NCBI GenBank assembly: GCA_965637545.1
Contig: OZ281497.1
Location: 19,406,001-19,470,000 of the forward strand
Direction: 5' to 3'
Source: Phallusia mammillata
Lineage: Eukaryota
Length of the DNA: 64,000 nt
The position numbers were made by a program, and so were the translations under genes. This document shows, in pieces, positions 23,401 through 38,600 of the stretch. The notes below the pieces were generated by a model. It did no database searches. It had not been told where the DNA came from and worked only from the letters and a program-made list of their open reading frames with translations. The first letter of the stretch is position 1; the number at the start of each line of letters is the position of its first letter.

Positions 23401-26400
23401 CCATAAAAACGCATTTATGACACTTTGAACAGATCTATTATTCACTAAGACAACAGGTGTGTAGGTTTATATATTAACCAGACCAGAGTTATGACCCAAC
23501 AGCCATTGGACAAACACAAATAATTATAACCGCACGAAACGGAATCGGGCCACAGGCATTGCGACTTCAAAGCGGATCGTAAGGGAACCGATACTGAGAA
23601 CCAAGCAAAACATTTTCTCGTTGACTAAAACCACAAGCTAAGTAGGAGTTGGTACTGACATGGAAATGCGGTTTTGCGCTGACTTACGGGACTGACTGAA
23701 TGACAGACATTATTTAACTGTGAGTGTGCGCCTGACTGAAATATCGTAACATTAAATACCTCAGGCTTGCCTGTTGAATGATGTTGTTAAAAAGCACGAC
23801 TTTGAGGGTGGAAAACTATTTCCGTACGTTTAACTATTAGCTCTATCCAACCAGTTACAGTGGTAGGCGTTTTTTAAACAGGTGTTGTCCCATCGTAATA
23901 GGTAGCATCCTGCACAATACAATACCCAGATGTGTGGTAATTACCTTGGAGCAAGTGACCATAAGTCCGGCGTCAAAACGCAGATGCAGCACGGCTTCGC
24001 AATGATGCACCAGGGTATTCACCATTTCCCCTGTGTTCACGTCCCAGACTCTACAACACACAAAAATCGTATGCATAAACGCCACGATCACTCGGCCATT
24101 CAAATGTAGGCTATCGATTTATTGGTCGCCCGATAAAAAGTCTATTTATGAAGGCACGTTACTCCGACGACCAAACCCCTAAACATGGGAAAATGCGTCC
24201 GAGAAAATTGTTAGTAACGCACCTGACTGTGGAATCAGATGATCCAGTAATGATCACCCGCTCGTCATATTGCAGACACAGCACTGATCCCGTATGACCG
24301 GTTAGCACCTGAAAGGATATTAAGGGTTAGAGTTTGGGACTTGGGAGTTCGTAATACGAATCTATTCACATATTTTAATACATTAGTCGAACGGAGTTTT
24401 TACAATGACCTCGTAGATGAGCAAAAAGTACTGGTTGATTTTCTTTGTACACCCAAAAACTTGTGTCTTTTTTCTCAGGTTTTCTTTATGATTGTAATAA
24501 TTTGTTTGATACAATCGAATATAACCAGGGTGTCAAAAAGGCAAATGCTTGCCATGTCTGCCTTATAGATGTTTACAATTTTCGCCAGTAGCATTCACAC
24601 AAGCACAACGTTTACACCTGTAAAGTTCACACATAAAGATTAGTTTGTGGTTGTGATATTGTGGTTGGCTTAGCTTTTTTGTAACAACATGAGATCATCC
24701 ACCAATTTACACATCTTACAGGTTTCATAAAAAAACTTCCAGCGACAAAACATTGGCACAGTTGCGTAATTACTATTAATGCAAAACCTTTCACCTTAAC
24801 TTGTCCCATCATGATTGTATCATTGACATATCACTGCCTCCGGCATCAAATTTAATTTAATAAAAGGTCAACTTTAAACTTCCACAGAATTCATGTATTC
24901 ACCTTGGTGTTATCCAGGGTTTTGCGGTCCCACAATTTGATTGTGTTGTCTCGTAATCCAGACACTATCTTCTGGTCATCATACTGCAAGCAATAAACTC
25001 CTTTGCTGTTATCGCTTCGGCACATTATTCTCTTTAGGTCATGTCTTCCACACCTCCAGTTGGATTCAATTTTCTAAACAGCAACAAAGAATTTGTGACA
25101 AACTGACTTGCAAGACACTGTAGAGATACAAAAGACTGAAAAATGAAAAATGGGTGAATCCAACTAAAAGTTACAAAATCATTTACCATAACAAGGCATT
25201 AACCGACACAGTATGAAACTCCTGCATCATGTACTTTAGTAAGTATAGCCATTTTTAAAATTTCATGTTTAGGGGACTAAATGAGAACTGCAACAAAGAA
25301 ATATTTTACCAAATTGGCAATATGTTGGTTTAAAGATACTAGTGTGTCAAGATACAAAAACACTGGAAAAATATGTGATCAAGCAAAAGGTCATTGTTTA
25401 AAGGTAACATATGTTTGATAAAAATTGGCTATGATAAAAAAACATGTTTTTGGAACCACGTTTGATGTATAATCTGTTTCTGCTATTTAGAGAGCTAGTA
25501 AAAACAAGGCAAACCAGAAACCACATCTTTCGAGTGTAAAACCAGGAGTTGTTTGTACACCAACCAGCTGTTATCAACAAATAAAAGGCAGAGAAACGCA
25601 CTCAAGTTTGATTGAGGGACAGACTACAATAAACAAAGGCCTCACACTTTGCTTTCTGTGGTTAAGAAAAAACCCCTAATATTGTGTGGTTTCGTTGAAT
25701 ATTCTGCGCGTTTATAACAAAGACTGCTATCCCTAAGCATTTCTGGGAAAAAGGGCTAGTGTTGGAGCTAATAATTAATTTAAAGGTAAGTGAGCTGTAA
25801 TTAATTGCCAAATCTGCCAACGGGTGTGATGATAATTATGGCTGATTTATCATAGGGCAGTCGCATCAACATTTACAAAATAATTCTGACAGCTTTGTCA
25901 CTAAAGCAAGTGAAACACCCAATGTATACGTTTACCAGTTTCACCATGAAACAAAAAGTGTCTATCACTAATTAGGGAAATTGCAGTATGGCCCACTGCC
26001 AGTAATTAGGGCAGATGGCTGAAGACAAGGCTAATGTGGCATTATACAGCTCTGGGAGCATGAACCATGAACAAAAGACCTTTTACTAAATGCTGACCAA
26101 TGGTCACTTTACCTCTATGTCATTTATTATGGATGGGTAGAGGCTTCTAAAAAAGGAATCTGGAACATCTTCATTTGGTTTTCCTTTAAACAGGTATTGA
26201 CTCCTGAAAACAAATTAAAGCCAAAATTTTTAAGTGCAAGTTTTATTACCTAAACTTATATTATACAAGTTTTCACCTAAACAATATTACAAATCTAAAC
26301 AAATATACAAGTTATCATGTTTTTTAAAGATATAAAGTTTAACTACCATAAAATCACCTGATTGTGAAGATATACAGTTAAAAAGTTCCACAACTGACAC

Positions 26401-29400
26401 AATCAAATTGTAATTTTTGGTTCAGACACCAACACCGTTTTTAGCAAAAAAGAGCCATATTATTTTTCAGCCTAACCAGAAAATGTAAAACACAAAATTC
26501 AGCAACTCCAGAGCTCAAGCTAAAAATTAATCTCAACAGTTTGCTAACATAAAATCTTTAAGTCAAACTTACCATCCCATTCTCTCAGCAAGGCCTTTCC
26601 ATAACGAATCGGTTGAAACATTTCTTTCAATAAGTCGCTTCCATAGGTGGCCATCCTGAATTACTCGGTACCACTCTCGACAGACAAGTTCGGCAGCGCC
26701 CAATGATTTGGCATCAAGATAAGTCAGTATGTTTTCAGCAATATGAGATAAACCGCGACCTGTAGAAGTGAAAAATTTGGGGATATGATACTCAAAGCTT
26801 TCAGTAAACTTGACAATTTTTGTTTAGCACAGTTTGTACAGGGATAAAGCTTTAAGTACATTTTTTCCAAACAAAGTTCAATAGTTAAAGTAACTAAAAG
26901 CAACTTATTATGGGTAAAGCTCACCAGGTAATGCAGTAATAAAATCACGCTGCAACATTGGCTTTAAAAACGAGTTCACTTGGCCATGTTGGTAATGGCA
27001 CATGCGTAAAATCAAGTGTTCAACATAATCAACCTGCAAAACAGATGGTATTGACCAACACAGATTTAAAAAAGCTAATCCACAGCAGACCCCATTAGAA
27101 AAAATGTCATACCTGCTCATGTTCGGACCAGGTGTCAAAGTGTTTCGTGCAGGCATCTCTTTCTGTTTTGTAACTATCACTTAAGGCTTCTTGGCTTTTT
27201 CGATGCTTGTTCGATGGAAAAACTGTTTGTAAGGGGTTGAAGTCATCGTCATGTATGGTGCCCTCTCCATAAGGCATGCTGTTTAATGTGTTCATATCCC
27301 GCAGAGCCTGGGAGGAAGGTGAGATAACAGACACAGTGACTGGCTGATGTTGCATGGGGTGGGAAATGTTTGGCGCAGAGAGGGACGATTCATTGTGGTC
27401 AACGGCGATGGAAACAGGGACACCCTAAAAAGAAATGAAAATCATGTTTACATACAACGCAGCTTGAAAAAAAAGAACAGATTTTTAGTTAAAAATCCAC
27501 AACTAAAGTAGTTAAAACAGTTGTTTTTGTACAATTTTTTTGGTATTGCCTATTAGGTACAGGTGTTTAAATTGTATCCATACAGGTGTTTAAAAATACC
27601 AAAGAGACATATATACTGCATGTATATGCATATCGTGTACATACTACTTGCAGACCAGATCAATTATATCAAACAAATTGGACAGGTTCTGCAAGAATTC
27701 ATTGTTGAAAAGCCATGAAACCAACCTGGCACATTCCTTCCCTGTGTACCTTGGTTTTAAACAGCTGGGAAAGGGACATAAATAATTCATGAAGCCTGTA
27801 TTCTGATCTACTACCCTGCATCCTGTGGCTAATCCAGCATTTCAAAGTTGTGGTAACATTTGTTAACTGCTGGTAACTTACATACTGTGTACGTGCTTGC
27901 CTGAAAATCAATACATATTTGTATGCAGCAAAGGATATAAAAGCTTTGCAATCAGTAGTATAAATATATATATGTATGCATCAGCTGCTAAAACAAACTT
28001 GTGCAATTCATTTCATACAAATTCAGTTCCAATCTGATCAATTGCAGGGATGTTCTTTTATAAGCTTCTAAAGGTTATGTGCTATGCTATGTACTGTACA
28101 CACTGCATACTAGCAGTCTCATACAACTAACATGAGATCTGATTCAACACATGTAAGGTCAACAAAATGAAGAGCCTTTAGATTTTATCGCTTTAATGCG
28201 TTGGGAATTAACCTCAGACTATCATATGCAAACAAATAATTGGAAGTAGTCTATGAATAAGTTAAGTATTTAAAACCGTTAAACAAACCACTAAGAACAC
28301 ACACCACCACAATCTAGCATCACAAATATATTACAGCACACAGCATAGAAGTCTATTTGGCAAGTATTAATATTTAATGTTTTGAATGTTGGTGTGTGCT
28401 TGTGATATCTGAATTGCTGACATTTGCAGTCACCCAAGCTAAAAAGGAGTAACCATTAGACGTGTCTCTTGTTTTAACACTTTAACGTCAAGCAATCACA
28501 CCCTGGTAAAACAATTCATGCTTGTTAAATTGTTAAGATGGCAAACAAGCGATGTGGGAATGGGTAAACAGACCAAGACTGCTTTTCATAGACAAGCACT
28601 GTGTATAAATTTTAACATGATTTAGACATGAAAAATTTATGGGCTAAAATATAAACAGAGATTTATGAGATAGCCGTTTTTCCTGGTATAGAAGAGACAA
28701 ATTATTTTACACATGTCCAGTAATGCAAAAATTATACGTGTAAATATATGTTTTACATTTATCAGTCAGCCAAAAACAGGAACTAATATCATAGATTAAA
28801 ACAATCAGTAATATATTTATGGTTGCACAGTTATTATGTTTAGGTCGTTTGCATTGCATTGTTGTAGCCCGAGGACAAAAACATCTCTCTAATATACTTC
28901 GGTCTTAGTAAATCTTTTTATATTAATGAAATCTTCTTTCAAGTAAAGCAAAGAACTGTAACAATTCAGGGTCATTAAATCATATGTGTTTTTTTTGCTC
29001 AAATTTCCTGATACTTTCTACTTTGAAATTTCCAGATACTTTTCTAACATTTCCAAAACTTCAATTTCCAAGCACTACAACTAAAATTTACAGTTGGACA
29101 TTGACTGTTGATCAGATTAAGGTCCCATGTAAAATATTACATTGCTTTGTGAAACAATGTATACATATATATATATGTATATTAAAAATACAATGTAAGC
29201 AACAAATAATATTTCTAGTGACCGATATTTAAACAATTGATTACTTGTAAATCGAGGGTAGAAGAAATGTTATCGTCCATTTCTTCATCATTAGATGAAT
29301 CATCTCTGGGAACATTCGCTACCTCCATATGTTGTGGAGATGCAGATCCCTAAAAACAACACATTATTACACACAATGTATTCACAAGCTGAGAAATGTA

Positions 29401-29701
29401 CACGTACGCATTTAAACATCAAATTAGAGTTTAAAAAACATCAAGGCAGAAATGATATACACTGTAGCTGCCAGAAATTTTTACTACATCAGGAAATGTT
29501 GCTTTTCCAGCAGTTATGTTAAAATTATTGCTGAAACAAAACTGAAAAAGTCAGTTTTATTGTAATAAAAGTACTGAAGATCACGAATTGGCAAAAACTT
29601 TTACTTTAGTGGTTTTTTGAACAGTTTCAAAGCACAACAAGTCTTACCATACGATTTTCCCCAAGATCTTCAAACAAGCAATCATCTGGATCGCTGTCCA
29701 T
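17492..29701 (-). CDS. BTRC: F-box/WD40 protein beta-TrCP (BTRC/FBXW11/slimb ortholog), 15 coding exons, ~612 aa
   Basis: Exons in gene order: 29648-29701, 29245-29349, 27113-27424, 26925-27033, 26573-26759, 26113-26203, 24903-25073, 24223-24308, 23945-24050, 22558-22701, 21133-21251, 19089-19199, 18498-18576, 17898-18025, 17492-17528. D-domain [27 protein letters not shown]-box [15 protein letters not shown], seven WD40 repeats ([80 protein letters not shown]), C-terminus [11 protein letters not shown]. Confidence 0.97.
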
Positions 29702-30174
29702 ATTTGTAATAAGTTAAAACTAAAGTCAACTATAATACTCCAATGTTTTGCCCAAATAAACAGAACAGGCCACAAGCCCAAAACAGCAAATATATATACT
29801 CCTTTGTGTCACAAAAAATCACAAGGATATTTATTTTTCTTTGTACAAGATTTTACAAACAATAAATAAGGTCTCCCAAGCGTTTTCTTTTTATCTGCCA
29901 CATAAAGTATGAATATTATGGGCATGTACAGAAACACTTATTTAATATAAAGCTAGTTGAATCATAGAAAATTTTGATTTTAAAAGTTGTTCAAATTTTG
30001 GAGCTGTTAACATTTAAATTATCGAATGTTCGACATTGGTTTTTGCCTATAGCAATTAGATAAACAAGGCAAATATTTTCGTTGCAAACAAGGTAACAAT
30101 TGTTGATTTATTGTACAAACTGCACAGATGGTCAAACAACAATTTGTCGAAACAAACTACAACATATGTCTTAC

Positions 30175-30530
30175 TCTTCGCATTCATTTTAACGACACAT
30201 AAAAATACATAACGTACTAAAGACGATCAACGATAATCCAAACCCTAATTCTGAATAGCTCCGCCTCAAACAACCTAGGTCCCAGTCTCCCAGACAAAGG
30301 TAAAACGGCTGAACGCGCGCGGGTGTGCGGCGCGACCGGTGCCGAAATACCGAACAGTTTGTTGTAAGGACGGCTTCTAAAAGTGGGTGTGTAAAATTGC
30401 GCACGCACTCAAGCCGAGACGTCTTTGTTGTTGCGCCACCTAGCACGCATATTTTGTTGGTCACGCCTGTTGTCAAAATATTTTAATCTGGCTGGGGTAG
30501 AATCGAATTAGGTTTGCTGTTGACAGGATC
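30175..30530 (-). other. Probable non-coding 5'UTR exon of beta-TrCP
   Basis: Minus-strand acceptor TTTTTCTCCAG at 30531 and donor GTAAGA at 30174. CpG-rich. A further upstream donor GAG/GTAGGT lies at 30967. Confidence 0.5.
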
Positions 30531-31273
30531 CTGGAGAAAAAAACACTGTGCTGGTGCGAAACGTTTTCTGGCTTCCTTTTATACATACACATCTAGAGAG
30601 GCCACTTTTTGCATCACGATTTGAGACACGTTTCTGTTACTGTGTTTTCGACGTGGGTCCTTTTTAAAGCCGAACTTCGACTGTCATAAAGTTTTGGATC
30701 AATACTTACAAAAATGCCTGTAAGTAAGCTACATTTCTTATCCGTGTTCGCCTTTTGCCTGATTTAGTGCGATATCCTCAAACTTCGGGATTGTCCAAAA
30801 CTCACAGACAAAATATGAAACGTAAAATGACTTTATCACTTTATGGCATTCAAACCAGCAAACTCGTTCATTCACAAAATTCCGGGAATCCCACCGGTAA
30901 GCTTATTTGCACATTCAAATTTCTGCCACAGACGGCTTCTGTCACAAGTAGGATGCAGGCAACCTACCTCGGAAAATACGGATACCTGAAAGATTTCAAA
31001 ATATTCAAAAAATGCTGACTGGGTGAAACTTAACCAGATTTTGCTCATTAATTGTCAAAATTCAGCAACCAAGCAGTGTTTATTGGGCGATTCATCAACC
31101 AAATGATGGCTCAAGCGACTACATACAAACTCAGCACATCGACGTCCAAACTACAGGGCTATTATACACGAAATTTACACAATCTGCGACGCGCTAAATG
31201 AGAAATGATTTTTGGTGCACTTGAATTAAACTCAGCGTTACGGTATTACGATACAACATGGCGGCTTTACTAA

Positions 31274-31310
31274 CGGAAGTACGTGATATGTCCAGGTGTG
31301 GGAACGGAAG
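31274..31310. promoter_or_regulatory. ETS/GABP-type motifs, candidate beta-TrCP promoter
   Basis: CGGAAGT (31274-31280) and CGGAAG (31305-31310) in a CpG-richer patch upstream of the putative non-coding exons. Confidence 0.35.
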
Positions 31311-31788
31311 CGCCGATGAAAAACACTTGTTTCGTCATAAATGGGCGTTGTTGTTGGTGGTGATTCTTACAAAGATATCGGTATGGCGTTTACATCACGT
31401 TATAAAGTGATATCATCATAAACGATGAATTGCACAAGCCGAATGACGTGAGACAGCCGGTAGGGGATCAAGTCGGCAAAGGTTTTGAAGGGTGATGCAC
31501 TTTTGACGCAGTTGGTGGCAGATGTCCATGCGGTGACATGTGATACACGACATCGACGACGGTTGTAAAACTATACAGACTGAATCGCAGTGAAGAAATA
31601 CTTAGGGGCGAGGTGACTTGTAGCAAAGTTGAAGAAGTCGTTAAAACTGTACAGTTTATCACAACAGTCGTATAAGGTAGCGTCAATAAGAGCTGGCCAG
31701 TTTCGCGATGATTGACAAGGAACCCTGGTGACCCGTGGTTTAGAACGGTAGAAGCGTAGAACTGCAGTTATCACTTGTCAAGAGGCTA

Positions 31789-31794
31789 TTTATT
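31789..31794 (-). terminator. Possible adducin polyadenylation signal
   Basis: AATAAA on the minus strand ~860 nt downstream of the adducin stop. Confidence 0.35.
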
Positions 31795-32657
31795 ATTTAA
31801 GACAAAGTTACTAGTGCGAGGTGGGTAGTGCAGGGGTGATTTAATTGGTTTAGTTGGTGCGTGCAAAGTGGTAAATGTAATAGTACAGATTTTGCGCATG
31901 CAGGTACAGCAATATTAATGGCACGCCAACCAACAGGTACACTACAGAACAGGATGATGCTTTGGGCGAAACACAAAAATATGCAAGTTCACAGTACAAA
32001 AAGCAAAATGATCTGTATTATCAGCAACATACATGCGATGATGTACTAACCAGTGGCTTTAACTTTTAGCAGATCGACATTTTCATGCATGCAAAAAAGC
32101 TTAACGGCCTGTACAAATCTGAATGGATAGGCAAAACAGGTATCAATTTGCCAAGCCTGCAAATTACAGCCATTTTGAATCCAGCAAACACATTGCAAAT
32201 GACCTCCAGGTAAATTACCAACGCAAAATGCAAACCGACTCTAATAGTTCATAATATACAGCGGGTCATTAGAAACAACAAGCGATTAAAGGGAGCGACG
32301 TCATTAAGGTCACGTTGACATTCACGTGACTGAGAGGTGACAGACCGTGACGAACATAGGTTAGTGATGGCAGTCGATTCTAAAAATATATGAAGCAGTA
32401 AAAACACAGGTCGTCAAAAAACAACGAAGAGCACCAGGCGGTCCAGGACTAAAATGAAACTTAGAGCAAAGAGTACGAAACAGTTTTTTTTTCGTTTTCC
32501 GTACGACGAGTGCGGCAAACCAACTATGCTAAAACTGAAGCGTGGTACGCGACTGCCTTGCCGCAAATTAGAATCATTTAAAAGCAGCCATAAAGATCAT
32601 CGTTGGGGTAATTCCCCTCAATCCAAGTCCGTTATCTTAAATCGAATCTAGGGACTT

Positions 32658-35600
32658 TTACTCTTTTTGCTTCTTCTTTTTAAGGAAGCTCAGTGACCTC
32701 CTCTTTTTCTTCTTGTCCGCTTTCTTCTCGCGTTCCGAGCTCCTCGCAGACGCCCTAGGAGAAGATCCGTTGTGTCGCATGGCAACCTCCTCACTCTCTT
32801 CCGAATCTTTGCCCCCGTCTTCCGCCTTCTCTTCAGCATCCTGCATCCCCTTCACACTCTTCTCCGGAGATGATTGACATTCGCTGGACGAGATAGAGTT
32901 GTGAGAGGGCGAAACTCCGGTCGAATCGGCTTTTTGCACAGGAACACCTAAAAAGTAAAGATTTTGTTTAGCCTCAATACATAGAAAGAATTGGCCGATC
33001 CCTGCAGATACTTGTTACCGATAGTTTCGCATATTTTATGTCCTTTGTTTGACCAAGCATTGAGAGGCATGCTCGATTTTAATTTCACACTGATAATAAT
33101 TTATTAGCACAAGTTTACACAAGGTCTAAAGAACCTTGTGCCTCAGTAACTATGCCAAAATCATAAAACACTTGCTCCCGGTGAAAATTTTCAAAATAAT
33201 AAAATGAGGAGAAATTGCCGGTCGCATTAACACGAGATATATTTATAGCAGGGGTAGGCAACCTTTGTTACTGCAGGGCCAATTATAAATGTCAAAATTG
33301 GATCGAGGGCCGCACATGTTCATTACACAAAGTGATTTTGCTTTGTTTCTTACCAAATATGCTTTAACTACAAGTATAATTCGTATTTGATTCTAGCCAC
33401 ATTTTGCCAGATCGCAGAAAACTAGCATCCGGCGCATTAATCAGCTCAAAAATTTGTAATGATTGGACTCGTTTGCCAGTACTTTTGAAATCCAGGCGTC
33501 TCTGCGGGCCGCACAAGCTTTAATGAAGGGCTTGATCTATAGTATACCCCTGATCTATAGTATACTGAATGTCCAATTAAACGAAAGGCTTTCAGTGTTT
33601 GTTTATAGTATACCCGTTTTGATTATATTATTAATCATCATTTTTAGCTAATAATTAATATACCCTATTTGCTGGGGTATGCGCTTAATAACAATTCAAA
33701 ATCTTTTAATTATTTGACGCCTTTATTTCAATTTCAACTCCGGACAAGGAAAATTTCAATACATTGTTATGTTCGTTGGTTGAGGCTTTACCATTTTTCT
33801 GTGTTGTAGCTAGTTTTGTGACCCTCAGTTTTTATTACACAAAATATTATTTGCAGTGAACCATATAATATGTACAGGCGCCGCCATAACCTGACATTTC
33901 AAAAACGACCGTCAGGACGCACGTAAGGTAATAACAGCGTAAAGATTTTTAAGGTCATTGCGGAACAACTTCAGTCAAGCATGTACGTATTTAGGACTTG
34001 GAGGGAAGGAACACGCGAACAAACTATTTAACTCACTTTCTTCCACAGCCGGTGTAGGTTCTGCCACGACTTCGACCACTTCTTCAGACGGTTGGCGGGG
34101 TTTCGCAGGACTTGTTTCGGCCTCGACTTCTGTTTTTACCTCTGTGTTATCACTATCAGGCTTGTTTTCTGCATACGATTGCCAAAACATTAAACATGAC
34201 AATCAGCTATTTACAAAATCATACCAAGTCTTTCTACGTATTAGTTCATTCAATGTTCCCAGCAAAAATAAATGCAGTAAATTGCAGTAATGCAGTAAGT
34301 ACCAGTAATACATACATGGCAAAAACACAGTTTTTCTTTTATTTATAGTTGTTTTGTAAAGTAATTTCTATTCTCGTCATAGCGAAACAATAAACAAAGC
34401 CAATTTAATACAGACGCCAACCAAATTAAATATTGCATATATTCTTATGTGAGCAACACTTACCTGTTAGCATATTCTTTCGGTATTGCTTTATTTCGTC
34501 ATCTGACATACCAGCGAATGGGTTGGGTGGACCCGCTGCTGACACCACGTGGATATTGTGGCCCTTCTCGATGATTCCTTTGCTCGAGGTTGACACGTGA
34601 TCACTCTGTAAACAGATGCAGATGAGATGTTGTTTTGTTTGTTTTTGCTTGTTTAGGAACATGGCAAGCACAACTGCTTTCGTATTACGACATGTGTTGC
34701 GAATGAATTTGTTTGTTTCTCGTAAAAATAAAGTAGGGATAGAGAAACACCGAGTGACGCTTTAGTGAGCCACTGTCAGGCCAAAATAGAAGTACCTATT
34801 CGCGGAAAAATAATCACAACACATCTCACGTATTCATGATAAAGTTGTTTTGAATTTGCAATACTTGTCTTTTAACTTAAAACTAGAATCTCCCAACTCG
34901 TTACTTGGTGGTAGATTCTAATTAAATAAGATACCAATAAGATACTGATAATACTGTAAAGCCGAAATATATATGTCTCAAAATGTTTGAGGACGAACTT
35001 ATGCTATGATGAACTTTTGAATTTGCATGCACAAAACATTTATTTGCTGAAGGCCAAAACGAACAGTGGATGAGTTTTACGACCCCTATGAGTGTTACCA
35101 AAAATACATAATAGGGGTACGCGGTTTGTATGTTCATTCGCATCAATGGACACGAGTCAGTTAACTATAATACCACAAGCACCAAAGCAAACCCAATTCA
35201 AGAAATAAACGTGCTAGTGCGTCGAAGTTTGGAAAAAGTGAAAGATGATTGAGGCATGGTTGTTTAAAATGCATGGTTTGAAATGACGATGACGTCACCT
35301 CATCGGTAAATGGATTGATAAGTAGGCCTGAAACGTCATCAAAAGTGGAGGAAAGGTAGGAATCAGACCAGCACTTGAGAAAGGAGAATAAGAAATTGGG
35401 GAGAAATGAAAAACTAAGGAGGTTTTGAATTCACACAACTTTAGTTGGTGACACATGGTGTTAAAGAAAGTTACCCAAGCGAAAACCATATGATAACATC
35501 GTTGAGTCATGTAGCAGGACGAACAAGTGACTCTAACGAAACAGCTTAAATCAGTGTTTTTTACCCCTAAGACTCAAAGGAAAAAAAAATTGCCTGATGG

Positions 35601-38600
35601 CATACAAAAAAAATGTGTTTAATTTCATGTTGTTTTTCATTTTCATTAGCTGTTAAAAAGGTTATGATGAGGTAAAAATAGACCAAACAGGTGGAGAAAC
35701 ACTGACTGGAGCCAATCAAGACTAGCGGTCGATAACTTTAATCAACAAGCCGACAATTTACAAGCCTAATTCATCACAAACCAGTTGCGGAAAACCGCTA
35801 AGCCCAAAGTTGTTTTAAATCAGCTTGCTATAAATGGAGATTAGCTTCTTCGATTTAATCAGTTAAAGATCAACCCGCCGCAAAGTAAACTCAGTAGGAA
35901 CGGTTTAATTTGACCGTGGAGGGCCCGAGAAAGATATACGGCAAAAGGCGAGACGGCCCAGAACAGGTTAAACTTCGGCGACGATAAGTCAATAAAGCCA
36001 CCTCGAGTACTTACAGGCGCAGATCGATCCGGCGTAACACCATGCAGGAGTTGAGACTGAGGTCCAGGCCGATTGAGCTCCCAGCGTCCCTGGCCGCGTA
36101 TCTGCACAAGTAAACAGAGAAGGGGTTGATTGGCTTGGTTACTAATTGATTTAATGGCTTTCTTTGTCGAGAAACGGAAGATATGGGCTCGCGTCGCGGG
36201 TTGGTTTGGTTTGACGGTTTGAAGTGCCCGCGCAATTATGGACTTGCTTTAAGTGTTTGGTCCTTTCAAATGCGCCTAACAGTGTCTAAAGCACTTATAT
36301 GCAAACCAGATGTGGTTATTAGTAAATGTTACTATAATCACGTTTACAAAAACTATTAAAATTTTGAAAGTATTTTTTTCAGTTTAATAGGCAATTTATA
36401 AGTGGTCTGTGGACTCACACTTTTTCTGGTTTGTAAAACTTCACGAGGGTCTGTGTTGGTAGGAACGAATTGATTTGGATTGGTGATGTGAACTGATGAC
36501 GCAGCTTTAGCGTCATCACTCTTCTTCCACTAAAATTAGATCACTAATTTAGAGAATCCACAAAAAAGTTAGATGCAACAGAATATACCTCTCCGGCAAA
36601 AAAGAACTATTTATGACACACACACACCTTGGTTTTTGTTCTCGGACTGACATCTCCATTCTGAGATGAAGTGGTTGAAAATTTTTCCTCATCAACATTT
36701 TCCACAACCCTTGTATATTGGTTGGGTGAGTTAATCCATCGTGAATGTTCAGTTTTCTTCAGAGCTCCTCTCATTTCTAAAATTCACAACACTTGTTAAC
36801 AAGGCACATAAACTTTTGACACCTTATGTCCAACTTGACTATCATAGTTAAGACATTATTTTAAGCATGTGCTTTCTAACAATTGTTTGACAGATGAACA
36901 CATTATTAATGAAATGCCAGCAACAACAAATGGCAATCCTTGGTCAATAATAAACAGAAAAGTAGTTCCTTCATGACTTCTTGACAATCAACTATGATTA
37001 TTTTACCTTCAATTTCTTCAGGTAGGGGTGATGTTGGGTTATAAGCATAGGCAGGAACTTCCACATCATTGTGCATTCGTGGCTTTCTTTGAAGTATCAC
37101 AGGATTTTTGTATGAGTATCCTGTTCGGTAGCCCTGAAACAAGGATTTGCAAATTATTCCTTTACAGCAGTGGTTCTCAACCTTTTTTACTATGCGACCC
37201 CATTTAGAGATTTTCTAACACCACGCGACCCCTTTACACACGCACACACACAGGAAGTTTAACTACCAGCATGTGTTGATTGTGTTCATCACACATTTGC
37301 AATCTAACGTGGCTCCGATAGTTCGGCGTTTTGCTGTATTCCAGAAAACGCCTATTTTTCATTAACTATTTCACTATTTCGTGTTTTTTTTATGTTAAGA
37401 AAAACCAAAACCCGCAATTATAGAAGTATACAATCGCAAATATTGTTGCGCCCGTTCTAAATCAAACGGTCGTGTGAGTTACCATATGCTAAACAAAAGT
37501 CACAAGGAAAGTTTTTTTGATACAGATAAAATAATTCCGTGTTCGGTTGCGTCTCCGCGACCCCCTCAAAAGTGCTTGGCGACCCCCAGGTTGAGAAACA
37601 CTGCTTTACAGTTTATGCTGGTCACATGAAATGTGGGCTTTATGGTAAAATTTTGAATATGATTCACTAGTCCAAAATAGTGCAATAAAAACACACACTC
37701 AATGTTAACACAAATGCAAGTTCTGGCAAATAACTAGTGAACTTGTTAACACATGCATACTGGTATTATCAGAATTTTTTTTGTCAAATCCCTTCAAAAA
37801 ATGTGTTGTTAAAATGGTATATTATACAAATGGGTGAGACATCACTAGTACAGGCAGAGTTTGGCATTACTAACTTGCATACAAAATTTTATGTTATATA
37901 ACTTAAGTAATGTGGTTACCATATCATCAAGCATTCTTATGAGGGATTCAAAGAGCATTTCCCCAGGTCCCCATTGGACCCCTTCCTTCTTTCCACCAGT
38001 GCAATCCTTCTTTGCTGTATCTTCAGTGCGAGCTTTCATTGCTGATCGATCAAGTTGAATCAGTTTATTCGGTGGCAGACAGGACATGGCTTTCACCTGA
38101 AATTAAATTCATTTTACGACCGACCAGGGAAATCATAATATGACACAAGAGATAAGGTTAGTCAGCTTTCCACGGCAAATCTGCTGCTTTGTCTGTGGTA
38201 AATAGCAGTCCTGTAGAATGTAATGGAGTTTGTATGAAACTTACCTGTGCACTACAGGCGAGCATGGTAAAGTACAAGTAGTGAAAAGCTTCTTCAACAG
38301 TTTCTCCACAAGCCACTAATCCATGATTCCGAAGTATCATGACCTAAAAAATCAATATTAAAGTTTTAATTTATGACAAACTAAACAAGGTCCTCATACA
38401 TAATGTATAAATATATTTAGGCACATTTAAAAGTTTTATTTTAAGGAAATTCAAGAATAGTATCGTTGTTAACATAAGGAATATTTGTACTTTATTGTTT
38501 GGTCCAAGATGCTTTTGAATTGCCTTCTTCTCTTTGCTATCGACCAAAATACCATGATAGTTGTGATATGAAACTTCACCCACAATGAGTGCTTCTTGTG

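Noticed and set aside
24309-24325. U12-type (minor spliceosome) signals: ATATCCTTT/CCTTAAT before a beta-TrCP acceptor, and TCCTTAAT at ~10228 before a FANCI acceptor
   Set aside because: The 5' ends of both introns are ordinary U2 donors (GTGAAT and GTAGAA). No RTATCCTT donor was found in any parsed intron.
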